IMG/VR virus record: IMGVR_UViG_3300044644_001125
Location: 263,257 to 327,256 of that record
Length of the DNA: 64,000 nt
Strand: one strand, 5' to 3'
Below the pieces are notes generated by a model. That model was not told the origin of the DNA, did no database searches, and saw nothing but the letters and a program-made list of their open reading frames with translations. A program made the translations under genes and the position numbers. Below are positions 33,501 through 43,039 of this stretch, piece by piece. Numbering within the stretch: position 1 is the first letter of the stretch; each line of letters starts with the position of its first letter.

Positions 33501-33991
33501 ATTGCTGCATTTAATACTATAATGAATTGCTCGTACCAATTAGAATTGGTAGGGTCATTCCATGTAATATGTTGCTGTGCTAAATTTCTACCATTACTAT
33601 CAATCAATGGTTCTGTAGTAGAAACATAGGTGAATTTCAATAACCCAGAGGCTGCCACGTTACGTTTTGGACTGTAACTTAGCATTCTTGCTATCTTTAA
33701 TACACTTTCTTTTCGTTCGGCTAACTCTAAGAAGTTTTCTCTACTTGCCAAATCGATTCTAAATGATAAACTTTGGCCCAAAAACGCTATAGCATCTATT
33801 AATGCCATGTATTCAGATGATTCAATATAATCATTGAAGTCTTCTGGGTAGTTTTCACGGATGTAAGTGATCATTACTCTGCGCAAATTTTCAAAATCAT
33901 ATGATTTGAAATCGGCATTCTTGAAAGTCTGGTATATACGAGTCCAGTCTTCGTTTAAAATCAAATTGTTTTGTCTAGTGGTTGATGTCAT
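30563..33991 (-). CDS. Baseplate wedge subunit, T4 gp6-like
   Basis: SYDFENLRR.MI.YIRENYPEDFNDYIESSE, ARMLSYSPKRN, AATESVESIRTNAP...QNRMITGEDY motifs. Confidence 0.85.
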   Translation of the reverse strand: MTSTTRQNNLILNEDWTRIYQTFKNADFKSYDFENLRRVMITYIRENYPEDFNDYIESSEYMALIDAIAFLGQSLSFRIDLASRENFLELAERKESVLKIARMLSYSPKRNVAASGLLKFTYVSTTEPLIDSNGRNLAQQHITWNDPTNSNWYEQFIIVLNAAMAANTEFGKSQGSATIGGIPTQQYRFNTINTDVPIYTYSKSVAGRSMAFEVVSTSFKNSESIYEEAPYPGNQLGFVYRNDGKGPGSASNGFHLMFKQGSLELADFSIDTPIPNEKIAVESQNINNDDVWMFALGPKNEQLNQWAQVSNLVGNNIAYNSLSRSIRNIFAVTSKENDKIELSFADGVYGNVPQGKFRVFYRVSNGLSYAISPTEMRGISISIPYVNKTGAKQTITIGLGLQQTVSNAAATESVESIRTNAPAMYYTQNRMITGEDYNLAPLSSSQDIIKIKAVNRTSSGISRNFEIIDASGKYSSVNVFADDGYIYKDDIEHTLSFKFNTKNDIINAIRQIVEPAITKTDVYNFYITKYDKKLFDGLTTWTQCSSGTNISTGYFVNNGLVKKVGQAYGTNNLKYISYGAMVKFTPPTGNSFKNGKLVTTDATDPAQVNELWVKVIKVVGDGTNNGLGVLSNGLGTVTFNDVIPNGSIISRIVPKFVNNLPVGLESEIVNQAYQNVNFGLRYDVTAASWYLITPSNIDLTASFNLISAGDSTNTNTDASWIVAFVKEADQYTVRVRALDYVFGSIEQNRFYFDSYEKAYNDQLGKVVKDNVRILGINTGPDRINQLNTDVTFEISDTVKFNDGYVSNAEVKLTFSDANSDGVVDNPESFVMLVGEDTAHSLDSNGEDKANLYIFFKETTDGAGNVYHDFVDTSITSIVVRESELTTDITQYTTGQLIYFYDSAEDYVKEVNRTTNTFTLISSYKAVVGRSGLKFQYVHNANSARRIDPSSSNIMDLSIMTRSYDTAFRSYLSGGLTTPPEPPSSDSLRISFGSKLNAIKSISDEIIYHPVRYKVLFGALADEQLQAQFKVVKNPNKTINDNDLKVRIITAVNEFFDINYWDFGDRFYLGELTTYILNSVSPDISNIIIVPKQTAQSFGSLFEIQSKHDEILVSGATVDNIDIVTAISATEVRASSTTITSST

Positions 33992-34062
33992 AATGGTTCC
34001 ATTTAGCGATACTGATATTTATCAGTTTTCGCAACCCAAAATTAGACCATCAACCACCGATA

Positions 34063-34503
34063 TTATGCGATTACTGCGTTATTTTTGTCAAAACTCAAGG
34101 TCATACGGTCACTTATATCAAATGGCATATAAGTTAGTTCTAAATCGATTCTAATACCAAGCGTGGTGGTTGTTATAACCAATTTATCCACTCTAAGTCT
34201 AGGATCGTAGTTGACAATAGCTTCCACGTCCTTTGCAATAATCGATTTGGTTTCTTCTGTGAATGGCTCGAATAACATATCCCATATTACAGTACCAATC
34301 ATTGGATTTTCTAACTTTTCACCACGCCGTATATAGAAATGGTTTAGTAAATCCCGTTTTACGATATCAATATCGTGTAACTTATAGTTAGTTGATTTTG
34401 AGTTTGAATCAAAACCTTTAAATGTAAAGCTACCTTGGTTACTATCACCGACAGAGGCTTTATTGACTGCTACTGTTTTCTGATTATATAATTTATTCGC
34501 CAC
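34063..34503 (-). CDS. Baseplate wedge subunit, gp25-like
   Basis: DLLNHFYIRRGEKLENP.IGT.IWDMLFEP...IVNYDPR is the gp25/GPW pattern. Confidence 0.85.
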   Translation of the reverse strand: MANKLYNQKTVAVNKASVGDSNQGSFTFKGFDSNSKSTNYKLHDIDIVKRDLLNHFYIRRGEKLENPMIGTVIWDMLFEPFTEETKSIIAKDVEAIVNYDPRLRVDKLVITTTTLGIRIDLELTYMPFDISDRMTLSFDKNNAVIA

Positions 34504-36058
34504 GTTTCTTTCCTTCTTTTGTTATGTCCGTTTTGTCAGGCACTGATACGGTTGGATCTAAATTCTCATGCAATGACCATGGCTCATGCATTGGGATTCT
34601 TCGTAGGATACTTTGTAGCGGTTTTTCTGCTTGATATCTCTTTTCCTTCCATGCAACCGCAGTACTTGTTACTGGGATATCATGTATCTTAAACGGTTCT
34701 GCTGGTGCTGCTATTTCCGCGACATTCTTATCACAGTTCATGTATATTTGGTCTGCAGTTACAGAATGTGTAGTCTGACTTCTTATATGCGTTGATGATC
34801 CAGCTGTAAACTTATTTGACTTACCTGATTGTAACTCGAAATTAAACGCAGTTGTTACTTGCCCATTTGCACCAATTACCAACGTAGTATCACCAGCACT
34901 TTCCATACGAATACCACCTAAACCAGAATCTGCACCTGCACTTAGATTGAAATTCCTACCAGCTTCTAAATTAATATCCCTATCTGCACGGATATTCAAA
35001 TCATTTTCTGTATGGATTGAAATGGAATCCTTAGCATATATGTCAATTTTACCATTACTAGTCAGTTCAACCCACGCCGTTCCTCTTGAATTTGCAATAT
35101 AAATCAAATCCTCTGAGTTGTGCATCAATATTTGATGCCCAGTGCGAGTTCTTACCCTAAAATATTCATTGTATGGTATATTCAGAGAACCTTTTCCGGT
35201 ATTAGTGATGTCTTCGTATTCCATTTTACCAGTCGAAGCATGCGACTTACGTTGCATCTTATCTTGACCATCATCCATCACGAACTGGGTTCCGCCAACG
35301 CGACTTACTGGAATAGCAGACGGCGTTTGACTTTGATTAGTCCCAACTGGTGCCATTTTCGAACCTTTACGTCTATCAACCGGACCAGGTGTTGAAATAC
35401 CAAACACCATACTAGGTGCTTCTCGTCTACTAGAGCTATTCGTAACACCACGAATCCCGTCTTCAACCAATCCTTGCTCCAAATAACAAGCAGCCATTGG
35501 ATGTAATGCTTTTTTCAACTTACTAGCATCGATTTCTTTGTCAGTTGAGTTATGGCGTTTGTTAATTTCTGCAACAGGTAACGGTGACTTTGTATCAAAT
35601 GAATCTTTATCTGCTTTACTAGCATCAACCGTAGATGAACCAGCAATACCAGGAACCATATGATTAGTAAATCTGGATGGAACAGCCGCAAACCAATATC
35701 CTTGTGAGGAATCACCATCGACAAACACAACGAGGACTGTAACACCGATGTCCGGTGGTACAAACCACATCCCATAACTCTTCTGGGTGTCATTAAATCC
35801 ACCAAGTCCATCAGTCTTTTCACTGGTATTATTACCAGTATGTTCAGCTGCCGTGTAGCCAAAGAATGGTGGTGCATATTTCACAATATACGATTGCATT
35901 GTATTACCAACCTGGTTTCCTTGTGGTTTCATTAGAGTAACCTCTAAACTTCCCATGTAGGTTGGATCTAAATTATTAACAATCCTAGCGGAATATATCC
36001 CAGTTCCTAACTTTGATTTACTAGTCGCGCTCGCTGGCTGCCTTGTATGTTCTGCCAT
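34493..36058 (-). CDS. Baseplate hub/spike protein, gp5-like (OB fold + beta helix)
   Basis: SYGMWFVPPDIGVTVLVVF OB-fold motif; RVRTRTGHQILMHNSEDLIYI; HEPW near C-terminus; no lysozyme domain recognised. Confidence 0.8.
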   Translation of the reverse strand: MAEHTRQPASATSKSKLGTGIYSARIVNNLDPTYMGSLEVTLMKPQGNQVGNTMQSYIVKYAPPFFGYTAAEHTGNNTSEKTDGLGGFNDTQKSYGMWFVPPDIGVTVLVVFVDGDSSQGYWFAAVPSRFTNHMVPGIAGSSTVDASKADKDSFDTKSPLPVAEINKRHNSTDKEIDASKLKKALHPMAACYLEQGLVEDGIRGVTNSSSRREAPSMVFGISTPGPVDRRKGSKMAPVGTNQSQTPSAIPVSRVGGTQFVMDDGQDKMQRKSHASTGKMEYEDITNTGKGSLNIPYNEYFRVRTRTGHQILMHNSEDLIYIANSRGTAWVELTSNGKIDIYAKDSISIHTENDLNIRADRDINLEAGRNFNLSAGADSGLGGIRMESAGDTTLVIGANGQVTTAFNFELQSGKSNKFTAGSSTHIRSQTTHSVTADQIYMNCDKNVAEIAAPAEPFKIHDIPVTSTAVAWKEKRYQAEKPLQSILRRIPMHEPWSLHENLDPTVSVPDKTDITKEGKKRGE

Positions 36059-36073
36059 TTGTATATCCTGATT

Positions 36074-38515
36074 TTATGGGGTTTTGAATTGGTTTATTGT
36101 TTGTTTTACAGAATTAATAGTACCAGCAACTTCCGAGGCTGCACCAGGAATAGAAGATACCATATCAGCTACTTTACTCAACTCTGACGTTTGATGAAAC
36201 GATGCTAGGTCTGGGATTACTTCTGCGACTGCATTTTTTACAGACTTCAATGCCTGGAACTGCCATAATCCACTATTTGGTGTGGTTGATGGGTTTTCAC
36301 TTCCTAAGAATGATGATAATGTTTCTGATTTTTTACCAGATGATTGTAAATCTGGCACATCCGATGGTTGACATGGTTTTCTAATACAAGTCAGTTTTTG
36401 CTTAAATAAGCCATCATTGATAACATTTTCACAAGTTATAACTTGATATATACCACTAAATTGTGATTTCAACTTAGCTTCTTTGTCAATAAATCCATAT
36501 AGTCCATCACCACCCATATTAACATCGACTGGAGTTCTAAACGTAACATTGATATGAACTTCTCTATCCTGATAGTTCATAGTTCCATCAGCTGTCATTT
36601 GTGGACTAGCGTCTGACACTGGGCTGAAGTAATTTGCAGTACCGCTATCAACCATCCAATAAGGGTCGCCCATAACTTCTAATTGCAATTTAATCATATC
36701 ACCGCTACCAGCACCGAGTAATATTTTATGAAAACGCAATGCGGTTTCTATTTCAGTGTCGGTTGCACCTGAGCCACCAGAAGATTCTGTCAAAAAAGTT
36801 GGATCAGTATGAACTCGTGGACGCATTGCAACAGCAGCACCAGGTGTTGATCCTGGATTTACTACTTGTTTAGTCGGTAATACTTCAGAAGTTGTTGAGT
36901 TGACGTTAGGATCCGCTATCTTACCAGATTGACTTGCTGGCGATGAATTAGTCGCGGCATAGAACAAATTGTTAAGTTCAATATCAAATCGTAAAACGTT
37001 TGTATTCTTACCAGTGTAAATGTAGTTATACGCCTTACATACTTGCTTCTTAAGCGTATCATACCCATCCGGCACAGCACCAGGTGGTGTTACGATAGAT
37101 TGATGCACCCAATACGGTCTTACCCTAAACGTAATTTTTTTCGCAAACTCACCAGCGATAACATTACTAACACCTGGAATAATCTCAATTTGAATGTCAA
37201 TCATAAAATGGCGTATCAAGCCATCCTTAATATTCTCTGGTTTAAGTTGATACTTACAATAATCCGATTTCTTTACTATATCAGTTATCACATCGGTTAT
37301 ACGTTTACCTTGATCGTATTGAAATGCTCGATTCTTTGGATCAACAAGCATGGTTCCTTCATCTTGCATCCCTTTATCATTGTAAACATCATCGGGTTGC
37401 TTCATTGGAATGGTTCCACCAGTACTGCCAGTAAACCCAAGACTAGATCGACCAATATCGTTCATTAAGGGATCTTCAAGTTCCATATTCGTACCAGCGA
37501 TTGCTTTTGGATTGCTACTACCAGGCGTTACAGTCGCAGAATCAGGTATCGTTGCCATTGCAATTGACGTGAAATCCTCAATATTCTCTGGGAATTGAAT
37601 ATCATATGTGTCTGGTCTTCCACTCTGACCTTCTTGAACTTTAGTTTGTTCAAAATTATTCAAGAAAGAAACTAAACTGTTTTTACCTGTTTTTAAAATC
37701 TCGACAACAGTACCTTCCGAATCAGCAATTAGTTTAGCATCTCGCATTAATGTGTTATAAACATCACTATGCCCAAGTTCATTCCATGGAATTGCAGTTA
37801 CGTTGTAGGTACTACCAGCTTCGGTTACTTTGAATTTAACATTTGATATCCTTATGGTAAAATACTTTGGCTGCATCACAGTCAATATAGTACCATCGGT
37901 ATCATAGCCTTTAAATTCCAATATCAATACAAAGGAGGCTTCACCATAAGACGTATAGTTGGCATTTATAGCAGCATTTTGCAAACTTTCAATAAATTGG
38001 CCCATTGAATACGGTTCAAATATGTCAAATCGATAATTGATTGAATTTGAGTTACCAACCTTTTGATCGGGTGCAACGGTCATCAAAAAATTGAAGTTAT
38101 TAAGAAAAAACTCAGGTGTTCCACGTGATGTTCTAACACGTTCGGCATCGTATCGACCAGCAGACGAGAAAATAACATTGGATAACGTACTCGATTTACT
38201 TCTATACAACGCTGGTTGATTATATTCTTCAGCTGTTAAACAGGCAAGCGTCCACAACGGTGTACACGACGCAAACTGTTCCAGTACATTATCAACGACA
38301 TTAGGTAATTCATTATCATTACCTGTCGTCGTATCAGCAGCGGTTCCTGTAGAAACAGTTGCACCTGGATTTGCCATTGATTGAAAAGATGGAGTTATGG
38401 CAGTAGCTATACCAGTTGATATATTAGAAGGAACAAATACCGGTTGTCCATTTGCAATCGGTGTCATTGGTATTTCTGTCGAGCCAGGTTCTCCTAATCC
38501 AATAGTTACCGTCAT
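36074..38515 (-). CDS. Baseplate hub protein (gp27-like, inferred)
   Basis: 813 aa between gp53-like and gp5-like genes; LEVMGDPYW and FSGIYQVITCENVINDGLFKQKL hub-type C-terminal motifs. Confidence 0.55.
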   Translation of the reverse strand: MTVTIGLGEPGSTEIPMTPIANGQPVFVPSNISTGIATAITPSFQSMANPGATVSTGTAADTTTGNDNELPNVVDNVLEQFASCTPLWTLACLTAEEYNQPALYRSKSSTLSNVIFSSAGRYDAERVRTSRGTPEFFLNNFNFLMTVAPDQKVGNSNSINYRFDIFEPYSMGQFIESLQNAAINANYTSYGEASFVLILEFKGYDTDGTILTVMQPKYFTIRISNVKFKVTEAGSTYNVTAIPWNELGHSDVYNTLMRDAKLIADSEGTVVEILKTGKNSLVSFLNNFEQTKVQEGQSGRPDTYDIQFPENIEDFTSIAMATIPDSATVTPGSSNPKAIAGTNMELEDPLMNDIGRSSLGFTGSTGGTIPMKQPDDVYNDKGMQDEGTMLVDPKNRAFQYDQGKRITDVITDIVKKSDYCKYQLKPENIKDGLIRHFMIDIQIEIIPGVSNVIAGEFAKKITFRVRPYWVHQSIVTPPGAVPDGYDTLKKQVCKAYNYIYTGKNTNVLRFDIELNNLFYAATNSSPASQSGKIADPNVNSTTSEVLPTKQVVNPGSTPGAAVAMRPRVHTDPTFLTESSGGSGATDTEIETALRFHKILLGAGSGDMIKLQLEVMGDPYWMVDSGTANYFSPVSDASPQMTADGTMNYQDREVHINVTFRTPVDVNMGGDGLYGFIDKEAKLKSQFSGIYQVITCENVINDGLFKQKLTCIRKPCQPSDVPDLQSSGKKSETLSSFLGSENPSTTPNSGLWQFQALKSVKNAVAEVIPDLASFHQTSELSKVADMVSSIPGAASEVAGTINSVKQTINQFKTP

Positions 38516-38516
38516 T

Positions 38517-38816
38517 CTATACTCCTAGATATTGTGATAATCTGCTTTTCTTTGGGATGTATATTGCAACACCAGTTTCAAAATCATAAATTGGATCTTT
38601 TATTACACTCATATTACGTTGAACAAACACCCACCATAGTTTTGGGTTACCGTATATGTCATAGGCTAGTAAATCTGGTCTATGACGATGCTGTGATTGA
38701 ATTATGTGCAATGCATCATCTGGTTCTGATGGCACTGGTCTCATCTGCAGTAATTCCAAATACAACGCATTTTGTGGTGTTGTATTCCAAGGGGATGAAT
38801 TTGAATATTTTGCCAT
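38517..38816 (-). CDS. Baseplate wedge protein gp53-like (LysM-like)
   Basis: HRPDLLAYDIYGNPKLWWVF...DPIYDF..G..IYIP motif. Confidence 0.8.
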   Translation of the reverse strand: MAKYSNSSPWNTTPQNALYLELLQMRPVPSEPDDALHIIQSQHRHRPDLLAYDIYGNPKLWWVFVQRNMSVIKDPIYDFETGVAIYIPKKSRLSQYLGV

Positions 38817-39829
38817 TATAGATATCCTAAACCGCTATTGTCTACCATCGCGCCTTTCGCGTATGATTTTAAATTAAATTGTCTTACTGTTGTTCTATTA
38901 TAAATTGGGCTAACCACTACCGTCACTGTACTTATGATTGGAACCCACGTCACTTTACCGTCAACCGTGCACCGAATATAGTTTACTGAATCCTTGAAAT
39001 CAACCGTAAATGATTTGATGACTACTGGTACATTATCGAAAATATGCTTACCATATCCAGATAATCTACAAATAATTGGTGGATTACCCACGTGATTGCC
39101 ACTACCAAAAAACATTTTAGTCGCTGTTCTAAAAAAGGTTGTGGCAGCAAGCCAATACTCTGCATCCGTCTCCGTTTCGCACGAAAACTCACCAGAAATG
39201 CTAATATCTTCTACTTGGCTGTCTTTATATGCTTGAAATGGGTAGTTGCTATGTACTACACTGGTTGTTGTATAGTTTGCTTTTGTTGTTAATGTGATAT
39301 TTGGAACATATGGCCAAATAGCACCACCTGTTTTTTCTAATCTTTTGAATAATTTTGAATCGAATAGCTGCCAAGGGGCATTGATTCTAACTCTCCAATC
39401 GTTCTGTGCTGTTGGTGATAAACTAATAGATGCCTGCTTTTCTGCAAACAATTCAGCACCAGTTGGGTTTTTACTATTACTAAGCCGTAACGTACTTAAA
39501 AAATCATTAGCTTGCCCTGCCAAGGTTGATAAGCTACCAGCCAAGTTAGTGAAATCAGATAACCCTGAATTACCAGTAAATTCAGCAATTGTAGTTTCTG
39601 CCTGTGCAAGACCATCAAACCCACCAATGATACCAGCATCGCTTGCTACTTGATTACTAGCCATAGACATGTATGTATTAGCAACATTATCGGCAGCTGC
39701 AGTATTATTACCAAGCGATAAAGCACCGCTTGCGTTAACCGCATTCGCAACTGCGGTATTTACTTGGCTTGTATTCACGCCTGGACTAACGCCAGTCGTT
39801 GGATTGTAACTAAAGGTATCGATTGCCAT
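38816..39829 (-). CDS. Baseplate/tail tube initiator, gp48/gp54-like
   Basis: WPYVPNITL...ANY...HSNYPFQAY..SQVEDISISGEF and PPIICRLSGYGKHIFDNVPVVI motifs; first gene of the baseplate operon. Confidence 0.6.
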   Translation of the reverse strand: MAIDTFSYNPTTGVSPGVNTSQVNTAVANAVNASGALSLGNNTAAADNVANTYMSMASNQVASDAGIIGGFDGLAQAETTIAEFTGNSGLSDFTNLAGSLSTLAGQANDFLSTLRLSNSKNPTGAELFAEKQASISLSPTAQNDWRVRINAPWQLFDSKLFKRLEKTGGAIWPYVPNITLTTKANYTTTSVVHSNYPFQAYKDSQVEDISISGEFSCETETDAEYWLAATTFFRTATKMFFGSGNHVGNPPIICRLSGYGKHIFDNVPVVIKSFTVDFKDSVNYIRCTVDGKVTWVPIISTVTVVVSPIYNRTTVRQFNLKSYAKGAMVDNSGLGYL

Positions 39830-39913
39830 TGCTAAATATTCTCCTATTAGTACTATTTATTCCATAAAAAGTATGTTATAATAGGTCTTATCAAATTCAT
39901 TTGGAGAGAGTTA

Positions 39914-40762
39914 ATGGCTGACCACGTGGTACCAAAAGCAAAGTATTTGACAAACAAAGAGTTACTAAAAGCAATACACGCAAGTAAAAATACTTTTTGT
40001 TCGTACACAAAACCTGAATATGGATTCTATGACTGTATCGTAACTGATATCGGTGAAATCAATGAAGATACAATCAACGATGCTAAACAAAGCCGTGCTA
40101 CTCGATTATCAAGAGCAGCACATGAAAAAGCCCAACTAGAAGCTGGTAAGAAAATCCCAGCAATCGAATTTGAAGTCGATTACACCACCATTTGTGAAAA
40201 TGATTTAGTATTCAGAATCATGACGTTTGACCACATTCCCCTACAGCCAGACCGTAAGAAAACGGTTAAAACTGTTGCTGATGCTCGTGCCAAAGTAAAC
40301 TTCCCACCTTTCCAACATTGGAAATTCAATGAGAATAAAGAGTTAGTTTGTGTTGGTAAAAGTCATTGGGATGGTGATGTCGATACTGGTCATTTCAGTA
40401 TCACAAAAGGTCAGATGTCTAACTTGCTAGGTAAGATGTTAATGAAATTGGCTGAAAGATATTCTTCACGTAGCAACGTTCGCGGATATACCTATAATGA
40501 TGAGATGCGAGGCCAGGCAGTACTTCAGTTAACGCAGGTTGCACTCCAATTCGACGAGTCAAAATCATCTAATCCATTCAGTTTCTATACACAATGTTGC
40601 ACGAACGCCTTCTTACGTGTGATAAACATTGAGAAAAGAAATCGTGAAATTCGTGATGACATCCTTGAAAGTGCAGGTTTAAACCCTAGTCATACTAGAA
40701 TGAATTCGGATACCTATGGAGAAAGAATGAATGATGGTTATACTTGGATTGATGTAGACTAA
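39914..40762 (+). CDS. Late-transcription sigma factor, T4 gp55-like
   Basis: YLTNKELL, YTYNDEMRGQA, NPFSFYTQCCTNAFLRVINIEKR motifs; upstream of gp47/gp46 as in T4. Confidence 0.85.
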   Translation: MADHVVPKAKYLTNKELLKAIHASKNTFCSYTKPEYGFYDCIVTDIGEINEDTINDAKQSRATRLSRAAHEKAQLEAGKKIPAIEFEVDYTTICENDLVFRIMTFDHIPLQPDRKKTVKTVADARAKVNFPPFQHWKFNENKELVCVGKSHWDGDVDTGHFSITKGQMSNLLGKMLMKLAERYSSRSNVRGYTYNDEMRGQAVLQLTQVALQFDESKSSNPFSFYTQCCTNAFLRVINIEKRNREIRDDILESAGLNPSHTRMNSDTYGERMNDGYTWIDVD

Positions 40763-40783
40763 AAGATAATTGTTCTACTAATT

Positions 40784-40808
40784 AAGCCCAGCGAAGCTGG
40801 GCTTTTTC
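40784..40808. terminator. Intrinsic terminator
   Basis: aagcccagc-gaa-gctgggctt plus T tract between convergent genes. Confidence 0.8.
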
Positions 40809-41258
40809 TTATCTCACTTGCACGATATACTCACCTGAACTTGGATCATTTGTTACTACCTTAAATCCATATCGTTTACTTAATTGTCGAGTTAATGATT
40901 GATATACACCACGTCTGTCATTAGTCCCATCATCCTTTGCCGCTGAGTACCCAATGTACATAATCTTTGGGTTTTGTTTAATCCAAACCAATGCACATGC
41001 TATCACGGTTGATAGTATCTTACGAGCAAAACCTTCTGTATTGAATCCATCAAATGAATCATTAATTTCGTATATTAAAGTAGCATAGTTAGATTTATTT
41101 CTGTGAAACAAAACCATACCCGAATGCTTTTCACCAGATGGTGTTTCAAACGCAAACTCAAATATATTTGAATCAGTTTGTTTGTATTCTAGTGGAGTAT
41201 CTAATGCCTCCACTAGATCAATGTTGTCAATTATGTCAAGCAGTTCTCGCATTTGCAT
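40809..41258 (-). CDS. Hypothetical protein, candidate internal head protein
   Basis: 149 aa; N-terminus MRELLDIIDNIDLVEA; TATAAATA on the minus strand at 41411-41418. Confidence 0.6.
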   Translation of the reverse strand: MQMRELLDIIDNIDLVEALDTPLEYKQTDSNIFEFAFETPSGEKHSGMVLFHRNKSNYATLIYEINDSFDGFNTEGFARKILSTVIACALVWIKQNPKIMYIGYSAAKDDGTNDRRGVYQSLTRQLSKRYGFKVVTNDPSSGEYIVQVR

Positions 41259-41607
41259 TTCTCTTTTCCTTTACTTGTATGTAGATTGCCTCTGGTTCCA
41301 CGTCGAAGTATTTGTACAATGCACCGCACAACCAACCATCTATACCCAATGCCTTACACACATACCAGTTACCGGTTTCTTCATTTCCACGTGTTTTCAA
41401 TTCTAACTTATATTTATAGGATGGAAATGGGTTTTTAGAAAAGATACAGAGGAATCCATCGTGTGCATTTGGAATATGACTAACCATAGCGTCAATAATC
41501 AAATCAGCACCCGATACAAATGCTTCTTTGTTCAATCCTGTTGTTTCGTCATCAAATACCCAAACCCCGTGGTAATTGTAAATCTCAATAATATTGATTG
41601 CGTTCAT
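41236..41607 (-). CDS. Conserved hypothetical protein (DUF6717-like)
   Basis: WVFDDETTGLNKEAFVSGAD and GWLCGALYKYF match my recollection of this family; not verified by search. Confidence 0.55.
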   Translation of the reverse strand: MNAINIIEIYNYHGVWVFDDETTGLNKEAFVSGADLIIDAMVSHIPNAHDGFLCIFSKNPFPSYKYKLELKTRGNEETGNWYVCKALGIDGWLCGALYKYFDVEPEAIYIQVKEKRNANARTA

Positions 41608-41690
41608 ATTACACCTCGTTAGTTGAATGAGCCGTTAATATATAGTATAATGGACCTATAGTCAATACCTAAAAGATAATTAAATCACAA

Positions 41691-41718
41691 TTGACTTCCA
41701 TTATCTTTTAGTTATAAT
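41691..41718 (+). promoter_or_regulatory. Sigma70-like promoter with 12-mer site in the spacer (divergent promoter region)
   Basis: TTGACT(41691)-16 nt-TATAAT(41713); ATTATCTTTTAG at 41700-41711, CTAAAAGATAAT at 41669-41680; oppositely oriented TTGACT-17-TATATT immediately upstream. Confidence 0.65.
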
Positions 41719-41749
41719 ACCAGCAACTTAACCCAACTAGGACAATTAT

Positions 41750-41950
41750 ATGAAAATAGAACCATTTGATGCACTCATAAGAGAAAAATACGGTGTATCA
41801 GTTTACGACTGCAATCGTGACCCAATTAAAGAAATGCGAACTTGGTGCATTAATACGTTTGGTGAGCATACCGTCAGAGTATCGCTTTCCAATTTCTATT
41901 TCCTAAAAGAATCAGATAGACTGTTGTTCATCATGCGATGGACTGAATAG
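41750..41950 (+). CDS. Hypothetical protein
   Basis: 66-aa ORF with AGGA RBS after a promoter. Confidence 0.6.
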   Translation: MKIEPFDALIREKYGVSVYDCNRDPIKEMRTWCINTFGEHTVRVSLSNFYFLKESDRLLFIMRWTE

Positions 41951-41954
41951 CCAC

Positions 41955-41983
41955 TTGACAAACCACTACATACCTTATACAAT
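41955..41983 (+). promoter_or_regulatory. Sigma70-like promoter for gp47/gp46
   Basis: TTGACA-17 nt-TACAAT. Confidence 0.7.
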
Positions 41984-42013
41984 TCACCAATCATAACTAA
42001 CCTGAAGAACAAT

Positions 42014-43030
42014 ATGACAGATAATTTATTCAAGAAAGTAGCAGTATTCACTGATTTGCACATCGGTGCTAAGTCTAATTCAACCACACACAATGAAGAT
42101 TGTGAACAATTCATCGATTGGTTTATCGAAACAGCAAAGGCTAATGACTGTGAAGTTGGTATGTTCTTAGGTGATTTTCATCACAATAGAAGTTCACTTA
42201 ATATCTTATCAATGGATTATAGTGTACGTTGCCTTGAAAAAATGGGTGCTGCATTTGAAAAGTTCTATTTCTTACCAGGCAACCACGATTTGTACTTAAA
42301 AGATCGCAGAGACGTATGTAGTGTTATCTATGGTAAGTTCATTCCAGGGATTACAATCATTGAAAAACCAATGACTATTGGTAATGTAACGCTTTGCCCT
42401 TGGTTGATTGGTGAAGAATGGAAAACAGTTGGTAAAACCGGTGGTCGATATATCTTTGGTCATTTTGAATTACCTGGTTTCTTCTTAAACTCGATGGTTA
42501 GAATGCCAGATACTGGTGAAATTCGCAATGAACAGTTCAAACCATACGAACTTGGTTTCAGTGGACATTTCCATCAAAGACAATCTAATGGCAATATCAA
42601 CTACATTGGTAATGCGTTTCCACACAATTATGCGGATGCTGGTGATGATGCCCGTGGTATGATGATTTTAGAATGGGGTGGTGAACCTCAATACCTTTCA
42701 TGGCCTAAACAACCTACTTATAGATCATACAAGCTAAGTGAAGTTATCAGTGAACCAGATAAGTTGCTTAAAGAAGGTATGCATTGCCGTGTAACTATTG
42801 ATATTCCTATTACATTTGAGGAAGCAAACTTCATCAAGGAAACTTTCATACCACAGTACAACCTGCGTGAGATGCACTTGGTTCCTTCTAAAGCAGATAT
42901 CAACCCTGACTTAGCTCCAGTTGATATTAGTTTTGAAACAGTTGATACTATTGTTATGAGTCAAATTGAATCAATTGATACTGAATCATTTGATAAGAAT
43001 TTGTTGATGGCAATCTATCAAGAACTGTAG
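42014..43030 (+). CDS. Recombination endonuclease subunit gp47 (Mre11/SbcD-like)
   Basis: FTDLHIG, FLGDFHH, PGNHD, FGHFE, SGHFH metallophosphoesterase motifs. Confidence 0.92.
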   Translation: MTDNLFKKVAVFTDLHIGAKSNSTTHNEDCEQFIDWFIETAKANDCEVGMFLGDFHHNRSSLNILSMDYSVRCLEKMGAAFEKFYFLPGNHDLYLKDRRDVCSVIYGKFIPGITIIEKPMTIGNVTLCPWLIGEEWKTVGKTGGRYIFGHFELPGFFLNSMVRMPDTGEIRNEQFKPYELGFSGHFHQRQSNGNINYIGNAFPHNYADAGDDARGMMILEWGGEPQYLSWPKQPTYRSYKLSEVISEPDKLLKEGMHCRVTIDIPITFEEANFIKETFIPQYNLREMHLVPSKADINPDLAPVDISFETVDTIVMSQIESIDTESFDKNLLMAIYQEL

Positions 43031-43039
43031 GTGGTGATA

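Noticed and set aside
4821-39653. Many 60-240-aa ORFs antisense to or overlapping the structural genes (and similar ones elsewhere, e.g. 54419..55150)
   Set aside because: They are shadow ORFs of long genes with biased codon usage; they have no RBS, no motifs and low-complexity translations.
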